64,000 nucleotides of DNA, taken from Ostreococcus lucimarinus (taxonomy: Eukaryota). Position numbers and translations under genes: made by a program. Below are positions 9,348-20,603 of the stretch, piece after piece. The DNA lies in the NCBI GenBank assembly GCA_000092065.1, contig CP000581.1, one strand, 5' to 3'. The notes beneath the pieces were generated by a model, which was not told the origin of the DNA, made no database searches, and saw nothing but the letters and a program-made list of their open reading frames with translations. Position 1 is the stretch's first letter, and every line of letters begins with the position of its first letter.

Positions 9348-11639
9348 CTAGTGAAACGATTTCGACTGTACGGCGAACGTGTGCTGTACTTGCGCGATTG
9401 GTATCGCATCGGATGTTTTATTGTCTCCAAGTGCTGCCTTGAGAGACGACAGTCCCTCAACCACATGTGCTTCAAGTTCTCGCCAAGTTCGTAACACGAG
9501 CTCGTGGACAATCAAATCTTTCATCAAGGTTTTTGCACAAGCTTCGACACTCTTTTCAACGCCCCGAACGTTCGGAATGGCGATCTTATACAGCTTGAGT
9601 AGGTGTGCGCGGCGGTCGCCGGCAGGCTGAAACGTTCCCACACTCGAGCCCGAGCGCAAAGCGTGGATCTCCCCGAAGAGCTTTCCAAAATGCTTTTCGC
9701 AAACCTCCGCGACGTAAGTTGAGCTCGCTAAAGTCATGAATCCGTCCAATTGCGCCGCTAGTCCGGCAGAAACGTCGCCTTCATTCTCACCTCTTTCGAA
9801 ACACCGAGCAAGTGAAAAATAGCCTTGAAGTCTTACTCTGTCATGTCTGAGTGAAGTCGTGAGTTTCGATTCGAGTAAAAGTAGAGATGAGGCATAAAAT
9901 TACCTCTTGGATACCGCACTCGCTGTATGTTCTATGTGCGTGCACGCTACATCACACATCGACAGAAAACAAGCATCAGCTGAGTGTTCACCATTTGCCG
10001 CAAACACGTTTTGAAGCTGCATATGAGCTGAAATAATTTTTCTCAACGGATCGAGCTCTGGCATGCGAAACTCATATTCTCCACCCGAATTGCGCGTCGA
10101 TGATTGCTTCGAGCGAAGCGCACTCAGCTCTCGAGCGAATTCCTGCGCAGCGCTGTTGATGTGCGCTTCTACGACGACCTGTAATTAAATCAAATAAATA
10201 AATCAAATCGAGCGCAGAGAAAACAATGCGATGACGCACCTGAAAGTTATTGACGCTTTCAGTCAACGCATATTGACCTAGAGCGTGCGTCGATGCAGAA
10301 GTATCAATCAAAGCCGCCAGAAACGCCACGCAAAGTGCGCTATTGGTCGCAATCGATTGTTCAATTAAATCGAGCAAACATCCCTCCAATCCTGTAATTA
10401 TTTCCTGATGATAGAATTCGCGATTATTCGACGCGATTCGGAATGTCGTGCCGAGAAACGTTTCCACCGTATTTCCCACAGTCTCCATGGCTGCAATCGC
10501 TGTCCTTAGCGCTTGAAACGCGACCTGCGAATTAATTATTTAATTTCATCCAACATCGTTCATTGAAATCGAGAAGAACTCACGTTTATGGCATCTGCTT
10601 CAGTATCTTGTTTGTCGATCGCGTCCATAATCATCACTATATCGCATCGCATCACTTCAACGCAGCTTTGGCAATATAGACGCGCGAAAGCATCCGCGGT
10701 TGTTGGACTTAATTCGGACAAAGCGTCAAATAATCTCTCGAATTTCTTTAAGTCGCTGCGTTTGTGAGCGATAGATGTGAGATTCGTGACAATATTTATT
10801 TCTGTCATGCACCGTACCTTTGTATTGCTTCCCACGTGTTCGCGTCGCTCATCGCTTTTTTTTGCGTCGACCATCGCACCCATCCCTGCAAGAAATATTA
10901 ATAAATTAATTCCAACGAGCAACACGATACACACCTCTGCGATCGCTCGCAAGCGCTCAAATACACGCTCAAACGCGTGCATGGCTATTACTTCTACTTG
11001 TTCGCGCGCTTCGACGGTGACTCGCATCGTCGCAATCCCTGCTGGTAAACCATCCCTACGTGAGACCGAGTTAGTTTCGGCGTGTAAAGTCGAAACGTCG
11101 CGCACAGCGTACCTCAGCTTTCTTTTGAAGTCCAACAGCCGACGCAGTGCGTCGTAGATGGTCAAAATGCCTCGTTCATCATCGAGTGAATGCTCGCGGA
11201 CTGCACGCTCGACACCAACAGGTAACTCTAACTCCCCAAGCAAGCCCCGCACGGCAGCTGCGAGCGCTCGCTTGTTCTCGTTGGAGACGTCTCGCTTGTC
11301 GTCTCTGCCTTTGATAATCTCGATGTTCCTACGCATATTAACCAGTTTTGTTTCAAACACCGTGGACCACGCGTTCACGTCCTCCATCGAGCGTTCGACT
11401 TCGGATACGTACGCGGACAACGAAGCCATGACGCTTCCCGATGACTCCAACGCGTCAGAGAGAGCGCGGTCGGCGTCTTCAAGCTCGAGCTTTAGGATCC
11501 TATCCAAGCTCGAGATCCCTTCCGTCGTCGCATGACGAGTGCTTTCGAACAGCTCGCCGATCACTCGCTCCTCTTCCTCCTTCAACACGCGCGTGGACGT
11601 GCTCGACACCTCTTCCGTCGTCGTCCCCGCGAGCCGCAT
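9348..11639 (-). CDS. multi-exon gene (>=4-5 short introns) encoding a ~650-aa helical protein, possibly a vesicle-tethering (exocyst/CATCHR-like) subunit; identity uncertain
   Basis: track ORFs 10560..11996, 10072..10488, 9348..9749 on the minus strand are linked by short AT-rich introns with GT..AG ends (e.g. 10525..10583 GTGAGT..CAG; 10179..10239 GTGCGT..CAG); ATG at 11639 (MRLAGTTTEEV). Confidence 0.6.
10179..10239 (-). other. spliceosomal intron (61 nt, GTGCGT...ATTACAG), AT-rich
   Basis: canonical donor/acceptor flanked by coding frames of the same gene. Confidence 0.6.
10525..10583 (-). other. spliceosomal intron (59 nt, GTGAGT...TTCGCAG), AT-rich
   Basis: canonical donor/acceptor; interrupts otherwise continuous coding frames; contains the stop that ends track ORF 10560..11996. 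Confidence 0.6.
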
Positions 11640-11749
11640 CGATGCGACTCGAGGTGGTTGGATTTGTTCGATTCTTTGCACCCGTCCCGACGCGCGAAGA
11701 CGGGTGTCGAGACCGTTTTGGACGTGAATTCTACTTGAGATAAACTTTT

Positions 11750-11925
11750 TCCGCGCGTTCGCGCGCGTTCGCGCGAACCCACGCGCGTTCGCGCGAAAAG
11801 TCGAGTTTTGTGGACGCGAGCGCGCGCGCCTCGAGAGAGTTTTCGAAATTTCGAAACGCGAGCGCGGCGCCACAACTCGGCTCACGCGCGTCACGCGCGC
11901 GTGAAACGCGATGTCGCGCGACGAC
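11750..11925. promoter_or_regulatory. divergent promoter region with a cluster of E2F-like TTTSGCGC / GCGCGAAA motifs (e.g. TTTTTCCGCGCG ~11756, three GTTCGCGCG copies at ~11766/11776/11796, TTCGCGCGAAAAG ~11798, TTTCGAAATTTCGAAACGCG ~11851)
   Basis: motifs read directly from sequence between the minus-strand gene start (11639) and the condensin CAP-H start (12345). Confidence 0.4.
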
Positions 11926-12344
11926 GGAGGCGAGACGTGGACGGAAAACGTCTTTCCGCCCGCCAGTGCGCGCTCCCCCGCCCTGGCGCGCGACACCTCC
12001 GCGTCTCGATCCCGCGCTCGGTTGTCCGCGGAGACCGCGCGCGAGCGTCACGAGCGTCGCGCGCTCGATGCGGTGGATCGAATGGTGGTGAAATCCGCGA
12101 TGGAGGATTTGAGAAAGGTGGCCGATAGTTTAGACGCGGACGCGTGGATGTATCGACCGAAGCGCGAGGCGTGAGGACGGCGCAAAGTTCGAGGCGTCGG
12201 TTCTTCTCGACTTTTAGTCTAGCTCTAGTTTCCATGTATGATTCTTAGTCTGCGGCCATTTTTCATCGAAAAGGGGAACGATTGAGTTCACCGCGAACGG
12301 GCGATTTGCGGCACTCGACGGCGCGTTCGCGGTACGAAGACGCG

Positions 12345-14384
12345 ATGTCCGGCGTGTTGACGCCACACAATCAGAAAATTAAACGCGGTGGGCGGAAGAA
12401 GACCCCGCTGAGCCGATCACCCGCACCATCCGGACTGTTATCCCCGAACGATGATCAGCTGGAACGACAAAAATCGCTCCTGTCCCGCGAAGCGACGGAA
12501 GAGATGCGGCGGGATTTCGCCACCGAGCTCGAAGAAAATGCGGAATCTGCGCCGGTGAAGAAGCCGAGTAAACTCGAAGAACTCACCGGAGCGCCGCAAG
12601 CACCACCAAAACCGGTCAAGAAGCTGTCGGCGGACGCGGTTTTGAACCTCTACACCAACTGCATCAAGCTCGCGTCGGAGAACAAAATCAACGCCAAAAA
12701 CACATGGAGCCTGGCTTTGATCGATCACATCAGCGATATCGTGAAGAATGAAAAAGATGAAGACAATCAAACTAACTTTCAAAAGGCGAGCTGCACATTG
12801 GAAGCTGGTGTGAAGATTTATGCATCGCGCGTAGATTCGTTCCACAGCGAAACTTTCAAGATGCTCGGTGGGATGAACAAAGTCTCGTCCAACGGCGAAG
12901 AAGAAGAAGATGATGGACGACAAGGACTTGGAGACGGTGCGGATGGGAGTCAATTGCCGGAAGACGGCGATGGAGCGAAAACAAAGAAACGACGAGCGAC
13001 CGTAAACACTTTGGAGATGCCGGACGCACACTCGTTGAAGCAGCTCGACGAAACGTTAGTCGTCGATCCTCTTTTCCAAAAGACGAGTGCCATGTTTGAT
13101 GAAGGTGGTGCCTCAGGTCTTCTATTGACAAACTTAGCCGTACACAAAGGGTGCAATATTTGTTTTGACTCAGAAGAGGTGCCAGACTACACGAAGGGCG
13201 AGGACGCGCCGCTCACGGGGACGCTCGATCTCTCGTCGTTGCGTGCTTCAATCGAAGCTGCGACCACGGCCATGGCGTCGGTGTCGCGCATCACACCTTC
13301 TATCGATGAAGTTCAAGCTATGCTCACGGAAGTCACGGGTGTTGCTCCCACCAAGGCAACTGAAGAAAGCGCAGAGGGTGCGGGCTCATTCTTTACGGGT
13401 TCGTCGCTCGAAGGGATAAACTTGGCAGAATACGACGACGAAGATGAAGATATTGCGGAGGAGTCGCCAGAGGACTGGGCTGCCGGTGCTGATGGTTTCG
13501 AAGACGAAAATTGGGCGGAAGATGGCGACCATGGTACATCCATGGATGATGATACCGTTCTACCGACCCAAGAAGGTGGTTTGGAGTGGATCGTTTCATC
13601 TGGCTTAGGTGGCAAGATGGGCTGGGCTGGCCCGACACACTGGCAATTCAGAGCTCCACCTCGCGCCAAATCGAGTGCTAACGGCGAAGACGACGGTGAA
13701 AACAAAAACCAAAAGAAGAGAGGGAAGGGTGAGCTCACTTATGACTTTGAAAATCCGAGCGAGCTTGATGAACGAAGATTTGAACTCGCCGTCGACGAGG
13801 ACGACCTGTTGTTGGCCACAGCACCGAGTGCGTCCGACACTCTCCTTCCACCAGATCTCGGTTATGAACCATCCAATCTGATAAAACTTTTCTTGAAGTC
13901 TCAAAACGTGGCGAGCTTGGTAAATAGTGAATCCATGACGAATCAAGACGAGGAAGGGTTCACCTTTGGCGCAGATGAAGCTGGAGGCGAATTCGATGAT
14001 GGTGAGGAGCTGGTCGGTGAAGCGGGCGGGTGGTATGACGCCAATGAGTTAGGAGACGATGACGATTTTGTGGATGCCCCGCGACGTGTGGAAAAGATTG
14101 AGGTCAATTACGCTAGGACCACGAAGCAAGTGAACGTCCGCGCTCTCAAGCAAACGCTCTGGGCCAACCTCGAAGAATCAACGTCAGAGGAAGACGTGCA
14201 TTCTTTCAATGAGATGCTCCGGGAATTCCCCGTGAATAACCCAGCTGGACATGTTGAAGATATCAGCGTTCATATGGCGTTCATTTGCGCCCTTCACCTT
14301 GCTAATGAGCACGGTCTGGTCATCAAGAGCGTCCCTGCCATGGACGATTTATGCATCTCAAATGTTCCATGTTCAGTGAATTAG
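12345..14384 (+). CDS. CAP-H: condensin complex subunit 2 (kleisin CAP-H / Barren / Brn1)
   Basis: NCIKLASENKINAKNTWSLALIDHISDIVK...NFQKASCTLEAGVKIYASRVDSFHSETFKMLGG (conserved kleisin N-domain) and C-terminal VNVRALKQTLWANLEE...FICALHLANEHGLVIK; track ORF starts at TTG 12282; first ATG 12345. Confidence 0.85.
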   Translation: MSGVLTPHNQKIKRGGRKKTPLSRSPAPSGLLSPNDDQLERQKSLLSREATEEMRRDFATELEENAESAPVKKPSKLEELTGAPQAPPKPVKKLSADAVLNLYTNCIKLASENKINAKNTWSLALIDHISDIVKNEKDEDNQTNFQKASCTLEAGVKIYASRVDSFHSETFKMLGGMNKVSSNGEEEEDDGRQGLGDGADGSQLPEDGDGAKTKKRRATVNTLEMPDAHSLKQLDETLVVDPLFQKTSAMFDEGGASGLLLTNLAVHKGCNICFDSEEVPDYTKGEDAPLTGTLDLSSLRASIEAATTAMASVSRITPSIDEVQAMLTEVTGVAPTKATEESAEGAGSFFTGSSLEGINLAEYDDEDEDIAEESPEDWAAGADGFEDENWAEDGDHGTSMDDDTVLPTQEGGLEWIVSSGLGGKMGWAGPTHWQFRAPPRAKSSANGEDDGENKNQKKRGKGELTYDFENPSELDERRFELAVDEDDLLLATAPSASDTLLPPDLGYEPSNLIKLFLKSQNVASLVNSESMTNQDEEGFTFGADEAGGEFDDGEELVGEAGGWYDANELGDDDDFVDAPRRVEKIEVNYARTTKQVNVRALKQTLWANLEESTSEEDVHSFNEMLREFPVNNPAGHVEDISVHMAFICALHLANEHGLVIKSVPAMDDLCISNVPCSVN

Positions 14385-14479
14385 CGAATTTTGATTGATG
14401 TAAGAACAATAAGAAGCTAATTTTAGCCGCACTGAGATTTGAAAATTAATAATGCGAATGCTGCTTCGCCGCTACTCAA

Positions 14480-16261
14480 CTACTCGGCGGCTTTCGCCGC
14501 TGCTTCTTCACTTTCCCACTCGCCGCTCGAGTGGTTCATGAGGGCCCGCGTGATGTCCCCCTTCGCGCAACCTGCCTCGTTGAACTTGGCAATCGCGGCT
14601 ACTGCGTCGTCTTTCCAGTTCTTAACGCTTCGTGAGTGCTTCACCTGAGATTGCTCGTAGAGCACGTTGCCCCACAGGATTAAGATCTGCGCCTTGACAC
14701 CATTCGACTCTTCACTCTTCTCAGTTAGCACGACGTCTCTCTCAGCGGGTGGAAGCATCTCCATGGCCTCTTGGTACTTGGTGATGGCGAGGGCAAACAT
14801 TACGTCCGCGGTTTCCTCCGCCTTCTTGACCTCGGCACCTTTTACTTGACTAGACAAGTGGTGGTACAACTTGCCACGCTCGAACGCTTGCTGGCCCCAT
14901 GTGATGGGAGCTTCAAAATACGTCGGCTTAATTTTGAGAGAGGCCGCAAAACGTTCACAGCACGCCTCGTAATCTGCATCTAGCTCAGCCATGTGAAGTT
15001 TCGCAGCCACCATGAGCGCCTCATCACTCCCACTTACGCCGTCGTCATCCTGGCTCCCACAAGCATCGATGATTCTGCGTGAGTTGCACGCATACACATT
15101 ACCCCAGTTGAAGATGGCGGTGGCGGCAGCTTCTTGGAACTTATCAGTTGCACTGACGAGGAGTGCTTTCGACTCCGGCAAGCCCACAGTTTCTTCCAGC
15201 ACCTCGCAACACTTCTCAAGTCCGATTTCACGCAACTCAAGAGGGCCTTCCTTGGGCGCCAGGTCGCCAAGCCGCTTGCGGAAGAGCGATGCAAAACTAA
15301 GGAGCCACTCGTCAATTTCGATGACGTCTTCGTTGATCTCATCGTTTTCTTGCAATTGCGCTGGCTGTACTTGCTCGGGCGTTTCCAGAATCTCGGTATT
15401 AGACGCAAAAGCGGTGACTTGAATGACTGGGATCGATGTCTCTGCCTTTTCACCGCTCTCCTTGGCACGGTGCTCAGCCATGGCGGCGAAGTTCGTCAAG
15501 GCGGATCGTAAATCCATGCGAGATGTGATGGTGATGAAGTCATTGTCGAAGTCCTTGTACTTGACAGCTACGTGCGTTTTGATGTCAAACTCTTTCTTGA
15601 TGGAGTCCGTCAAGTCAGAATATTTCAGAGACACTGGAAGCTGAATGCTCTTGACTTCCCCTTCGTACGTGACGTCAAAGGTGAATTTCGTTTCGGCCGC
15701 TTGCTGTGCCGCTTGTTGACGAAGTACCTCGGCGCGTAACGCAGCGATTTGCTCCTTCGTGTACTTCTGAGCTGGTTGCTTACCGACGCCCGCTCCTCCC
15801 ATGCCCGCCGGACGGCTGGCTTTTGCGGCCTTGGCAGCCAAGGATTTCACCTTGTCCAATCGATTTCTCACAGAATCATCGGACGAATCGATCGCGAGGG
15901 CACGTTCGATATCTGTCTTGGCCTTGGTATACTCCTGCAGCGCCTCGTACGCCGTTGCGCGGCGCAGCAACGCTGGTTTGTAAGTGGGCTGCGCATCGAG
16001 CGCAGCATCACATTCGTTGATAGCCTGACTTGGGACACCTCCTCGCAAGTAAACCGCCGCCTTATTAGTTGCGATCGCAACGAATTCAGCACTCCCTCTG
16101 AGAGCGAGTTGCTGCGCCTTGTTATACTTGGCGAGCGCTTCGCCGTGGCTGCCCTTCGCAAACAAGACATCCGCTTCCAACTTTAGCTGTTGCGACTTCT
16201 TCGTGAACGCCGCGATCTCGCTCGTCGGACCCGGAATCTTCTTCTTCGTGACGGCGACCAT
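14480..16261 (-). CDS. TPR-repeat + PB1-domain protein (plant Phox/CLMP1-like architecture)
   Basis: N-terminal TPR repeats (AKGSHGEALAKYNKAQQLA..., AAVYLRGG..QAINECDAALDAQPTYKPALLRRATAYEALQEYTKAKTDIERAL), central PB1-like KFTFDVTYEGEVKSIQLPVSLKYSDLTDSIKKEFDIKTHVAVKYKDFDNDFITITSRMDLRSAL; ATG 16261 verified. Confidence 0.7.
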   Translation of the reverse strand: MVAVTKKKIPGPTSEIAAFTKKSQQLKLEADVLFAKGSHGEALAKYNKAQQLALRGSAEFVAIATNKAAVYLRGGVPSQAINECDAALDAQPTYKPALLRRATAYEALQEYTKAKTDIERALAIDSSDDSVRNRLDKVKSLAAKAAKASRPAGMGGAGVGKQPAQKYTKEQIAALRAEVLRQQAAQQAAETKFTFDVTYEGEVKSIQLPVSLKYSDLTDSIKKEFDIKTHVAVKYKDFDNDFITITSRMDLRSALTNFAAMAEHRAKESGEKAETSIPVIQVTAFASNTEILETPEQVQPAQLQENDEINEDVIEIDEWLLSFASLFRKRLGDLAPKEGPLELREIGLEKCCEVLEETVGLPESKALLVSATDKFQEAAATAIFNWGNVYACNSRRIIDACGSQDDDGVSGSDEALMVAAKLHMAELDADYEACCERFAASLKIKPTYFEAPITWGQQAFERGKLYHHLSSQVKGAEVKKAEETADVMFALAITKYQEAMEMLPPAERDVVLTEKSEESNGVKAQILILWGNVLYEQSQVKHSRSVKNWKDDAVAAIAKFNEAGCAKGDITRALMNHSSGEWESEEAAAKAAE

Positions 16262-17026
16262 GTTTACTTTTCCTTAAGCTGATCGAGCGCCTTTTTGGCG
16301 TTATCAAGCTCGCTAATGACGCGCTCGAGTTCTTCCCGCGAAAGCTCGAGGGACACTTGTCGTCTACTTTCAGACGAAGGTTGGTCGAGATGAAGTTCAA
16401 GTCTCACCAAAGACTCGTCGATGTTTGCGATTTTATCGCTCGACAGTACTCGATGAACCTGGTGAGCGCGTAAACGAGCGTAGACGTGTCAGTCCTCGGA
16501 GTCGATTTTGTGGAATGGACCTGGTTCCTTTGCCCACGTGGACGGTCCAAATGGGTCGATTACTCGTCGAAATCGCCCTTTGCGCCCGCTCTCGCGCGTT
16601 GTGCTCGGCGCGGTCGTGAAACAAATATTCATTCATCCACGACGTTGTCCATCGAGTCGCGCGCGCGCGTTCGAGCCGTCGGCGACGCCAAGTCTCGTCG
16701 TCCACGAAAGACCCTCGCGCGAGGGTTCTTCGCGTCGGCACGTCGGCGGACACGTTCGAGACCAGCGACGCGCGCGCGCGCGCTCGATGCGCGTCGAAAT
16801 CCGCGCGAAATGTGCAAATAATTTGTATCAACGCACCTTCCAATCGATATCGCCGAGCGTGCACGAACTCGCGTTTGAAGACGTCTCGCGCGTTGACATC
16901 AACCAGCGGCGCGCGCCGGTGTGACGTGCAAGGGGTTCATCTGGTTCTAACCCCAGGCGCGCGCGCGAGAGCGTGGTGGGATTTTTTGTTTTTCATGAAG
17001 CGTCGATTCGATGACAAAATCCTACA

Positions 17027-18721
17027 CTAATCCCTCGAGCACGCCTCGTTCCAACGATGAACGATGCCGGGGACGTGTGCGGCGCCGAGGACGAAGACTA
17101 CGGTGATTGAGACGCCGTCGGCGGGGAGGTCGAGTGCCGGGACGCGACGCGCGTATTCAAACGTCGAGGAGGCGCTGTGGTAAAAGCCAGGACGGTCCGT
17201 CGGTTTACCCTCGATCACGGACCATAAACAATCAAACAAGACGCTGTCTCGTTCATCTATGAATACTTCGCGCATGTGAGGCGGCATGCTGACCTCACCC
17301 GAACGCATCAGCGTCAAACGCTCGGTTTCGATAGCCGTGGTTAACTGTTTACGTGTCTTGAAGGCGGATGTAATCAACGATCGTATGGATCCGAGGATAT
17401 AGCGCGCGAGCGAACGCTTCATTCCTGGAACGTGTTCATGAAGCTTTTCTTCGAGCGATCGCATCGTCTTGGATACTTCTGAATCAGCCAAGTAGACACG
17501 TGAAGTGCGCGACTCGAACGCTGCTGATAAACCAGCAATGATTTCCCCACCGTCTTGAGCGTCGAGTTTGTTCGAAATAATAGACTCAGCAAGCGTCATC
17601 ATCCCGTTCATAATTTTTACAGTCAATGGAGACGACTTATTCGCTCCCGCCCCCGCTCTCGCCGCCTCGCCGATGAATGAAATGGACAACACGTCCTGAA
17701 GACTGACGTCAATGCGCTCAAACCACCTATCCGTCGATAAAGCCACATCTGGAACCACGTCGAGCGTTATACATTCCCCATCGCTCACATCCAGCGCTAC
17801 GGTGTAGCCACTTTGTAGCCTCTCTTGGACCGCAATAACCAAAGATGCGCACAAAGCTGCAGTCTGCCACGCGCTCATCTTGCCTTGACCGCTCGCACAA
17901 TCGCTCACTTTCACAAGCTCGCCCGCTCGTCGCATCACTTCAACCTCTGCAGCGGCATCCGAAGTAGCGGAGACGAAATTTTCATAAACGTTCCACTTGA
18001 ATCGGATGTCTGAAGTCAACTCTGCGCCCATCGGATGAACGGTGAAGACAATTTCGGCAACCGATACCACCAAAGTCACCTTCCCTTCCTTCCAAACGAC
18101 GGTGCGCGCACCGTGTTCGTCTTCAGCACGTCCGCGTACAATGACCGATTCGAATAAACCAGTGCGCAACAATAACTCAGCATCACTTTTGAGATCTTCC
18201 AACGACACTCCCTTCCCAACTTTTGTGCGTAAACGCGACAGTAGAACAACCTCATCCACTCCGCCAGGAAGAACACCCGCCGGCATACCAACAATATGCA
18301 CCGCACCGGGTACTACTACGTCGTCGTTCTCGACGCCTTTCATTCGGTCAATGATGCCATCAACGCGCTCATCGCACACTTCTAGTAGCACTGCGTCGGG
18401 TTTATTCGTTCGTATTACCTCGTCGGCGTCCAAGGCGGAGCGCTCGCTCACATGCGCCGTCGGTAACAGAATTACTTTCACTCCCGCCGTATGACTCGTC
18501 TTCGGGCGCTCTAGGACGACCGTGGGTATCGCATCCGGCTCGCGACTAACCTTGACATGGCTCGCGTCACCATGCTGTGCGTGTGCGCACCTCGAAACGC
18601 GTGCGAGGCGACGTTCAACGCGACGCCGCCCTTTTCGCGCTTTCGACAGTCCCAAACACTTTCGCTCGGGCGACGCGCTCAGCGCAGATGCGCCGAGGCA
18701 CGTGCGATGAACAGTGTTCAT
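17027..18721 (-). CDS. TraB-family (TraB/PrgY/GumN) domain protein with long internal insertion and N-terminal presequence
   Basis: GVKVILLPTAHVSERSALDADEVIRTNKPDAVLLEVC and C-terminal VVFVLGAAHVPGIVHRW match the TraB family pattern; ATG 18721 verified. Confidence 0.6.
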   Translation of the reverse strand: MNTVHRTCLGASALSASPERKCLGLSKARKGRRRVERRLARVSRCAHAQHGDASHVKVSREPDAIPTVVLERPKTSHTAGVKVILLPTAHVSERSALDADEVIRTNKPDAVLLEVCDERVDGIIDRMKGVENDDVVVPGAVHIVGMPAGVLPGGVDEVVLLSRLRTKVGKGVSLEDLKSDAELLLRTGLFESVIVRGRAEDEHGARTVVWKEGKVTLVVSVAEIVFTVHPMGAELTSDIRFKWNVYENFVSATSDAAAEVEVMRRAGELVKVSDCASGQGKMSAWQTAALCASLVIAVQERLQSGYTVALDVSDGECITLDVVPDVALSTDRWFERIDVSLQDVLSISFIGEAARAGAGANKSSPLTVKIMNGMMTLAESIISNKLDAQDGGEIIAGLSAAFESRTSRVYLADSEVSKTMRSLEEKLHEHVPGMKRSLARYILGSIRSLITSAFKTRKQLTTAIETERLTLMRSGEVSMPPHMREVFIDERDSVLFDCLWSVIEGKPTDRPGFYHSASSTFEYARRVPALDLPADGVSITVVFVLGAAHVPGIVHRWNEACSRD

Positions 18722-18847
18722 GAGTAACGCTCAAGCACTTTAGCGGAGCTAACCTACCTAAGGACTATGTTGCAAACTACTGGCATGCGCGCTACTGAGG
18801 TCGAGGCGAGTGAGCGAGCACAGCCGTAGGCTGTCGTGTCTACATGT

Positions 18848-20554
18848 CTACTTTGAGTTCATGAATACGGGTCGTTGTGGAGGCGGATACTCCTCGAAAA
18901 AAGCATCATTCAGCGCTTCAGAGCAAGTGAGGCGCCTTGCGGGATCGTACGTCAACAGATGGTTGAGCAACTCGTATCCTTTATCGCTCAAACCAGTCGA
19001 CGCCTGCGGGAATTTCTGACGCAACTTGTTGTAAGGTTGCTCGGCGAACGTGACTTTTTGCACACTCGGGAGTGAGCTAAACTCCGGCCATATCTTATCG
19101 TTTGGCGTGCCGAGAAGCTTAAAAATCTTTTGTAGCTGATCGATTTCCGCACGACCATTGAACAGAGGACTTCCGGCGAGTAATTCGCCGAAGATGCAGC
19201 CTAGACTCCAGACATCAATGGCTGGACCGTAAGTTGTCGATCCCAATAGCAACTCCGGTGCACGATACCAAAGCGTAACGACTAGTTGCGTGTATCTACC
19301 GACTCCACCAAATTGTCTTGCCAGACCGAAGTCGCATATTTTCAAATCGCCCGAGTTCGTGACGAGAATGTTAGACATTTTCAAGTCACGATGCATGATC
19401 CAATTTTCGTGCAAATACGACATCCCACTCAGAAGCTGTAGCATTAACGCCTTTGTCTCGGGAATCGTAAATTTGGGCGAAGACGACTGCGCCATCTGAT
19501 CCATGAGACCTTTCAAATCATTTTCAACGTATTCCATCACCATGAATACAAAGTTTAACTTTGAGCCGACGACTACCTCGTTGACGTTCACAATGCTCGG
19601 ATGATCCAACGATAGCAGTATGTTGACTTCTCTAAGAGCAGTAAGAGGGAATCCATCCGTCGCCTCGTCCATTTTCACCCTCTTCAACGCCGCCACCTCT
19701 CCCGTTTTCTTATCCCGCGCTTTGAAGACTATTCCATACGTGCCTTCATCGATCTTGTTCAATCTCTCAAACTCGTCCACGCTACGACACGCTTGAAGCA
19801 TGTTTAATGGTCTCTTTTGCAACTGCACTTCCACCTGATTGGTCGATGGAACTGGAGACGAACCTGCTTCTCGCCCTCGCGCCAGGCCAGCTTCTGCTTC
19901 TTCGGCAGCGGCGCGCATCGCCTCTGGATCCGGTCGCGCGGGTCCAACCGTCAAGTCATCTTCTTCATCATTTATCGCACGAGGTCTCGCCGGTCCCGCC
20001 ATGGGCTCCTTCTCTTCGTCGGATTCGAGCTCTGCTAACTCGCCGGCGAGCGACTGCGGCAACGTGTCCTGCTTCGGTGGCCGCGAAGGCCCCGCTTCTG
20101 CTGAAGCTGCTGCCTCACCTTCGTCACTGGTACTCGGCGACGGTGCAAAGAAACTCTTCGGATCTACACTTTGAGATTGCTTACGCCCACTTACTTCAAG
20201 CTGCTGATTTTCCCGCTGCGCCGCGGCGAACGAGTTTGCTTCCGCGAGCATCTTCTCCATGTACCCCTGATTCGCGGTCGTCGGCCGCGTCGCGTCTGGC
20301 GCACTTCCTTCGCGCACATCTTCATCCTCGTCCTCTTCGTCCGATGAGCCCCATCTCGACCCTTTCACCGTCGTCGGCTTCGACACCTTCGCACGTTTGG
20401 CGGCTCCGTCGTCCTCCTCATCCTTCTTCTCCGTCCCCGTGCCTCGGACGACGTCGTTTGCTCGCGTCGGTGGCGCTTGTTTCTGTTTCACAGCCTCCGC
20501 CTCACGCTGTTTTCGCGCCAACGCCGCGCGCGCTGCGGCTCTTATGCTCGACAT
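18848..20554 (-). CDS. cyclin-dependent kinase 11-like (PITSLRE-type, motif variant PLTALRE) with acidic/RE-rich N-terminal extension
   Basis: [69 protein letters not shown] (CMGC/CDK subdomains); ATG 20554 verified. Confidence 0.8.
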   Translation of the reverse strand: MSSIRAAARAALARKQREAEAVKQKQAPPTRANDVVRGTGTEKKDEEDDGAAKRAKVSKPTTVKGSRWGSSDEEDEDEDVREGSAPDATRPTTANQGYMEKMLAEANSFAAAQRENQQLEVSGRKQSQSVDPKSFFAPSPSTSDEGEAAASAEAGPSRPPKQDTLPQSLAGELAELESDEEKEPMAGPARPRAINDEEDDLTVGPARPDPEAMRAAAEEAEAGLARGREAGSSPVPSTNQVEVQLQKRPLNMLQACRSVDEFERLNKIDEGTYGIVFKARDKKTGEVAALKRVKMDEATDGFPLTALREVNILLSLDHPSIVNVNEVVVGSKLNFVFMVMEYVENDLKGLMDQMAQSSSPKFTIPETKALMLQLLSGMSYLHENWIMHRDLKMSNILVTNSGDLKICDFGLARQFGGVGRYTQLVVTLWYRAPELLLGSTTYGPAIDVWSLGCIFGELLAGSPLFNGRAEIDQLQKIFKLLGTPNDKIWPEFSSLPSVQKVTFAEQPYNKLRQKFPQASTGLSDKGYELLNHLLTYDPARRLTCSEALNDAFFEEYPPPQRPVFMNSK

Positions 20555-20603
20555 CCGCGGCGCACACTGCGGGCGTAGAGTCGCCAGTGTTCAGCGCGAC
20601 GTC

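Noticed and set aside
16433-16924. ORFs 16433..16864 (-) and 16508..16924 (+) in the gap between the TPR-PB1 and TraB genes
   Set aside because: Arg-rich, mutually antisense, no domain and weak codon bias; they are treated as non-coding spacer.
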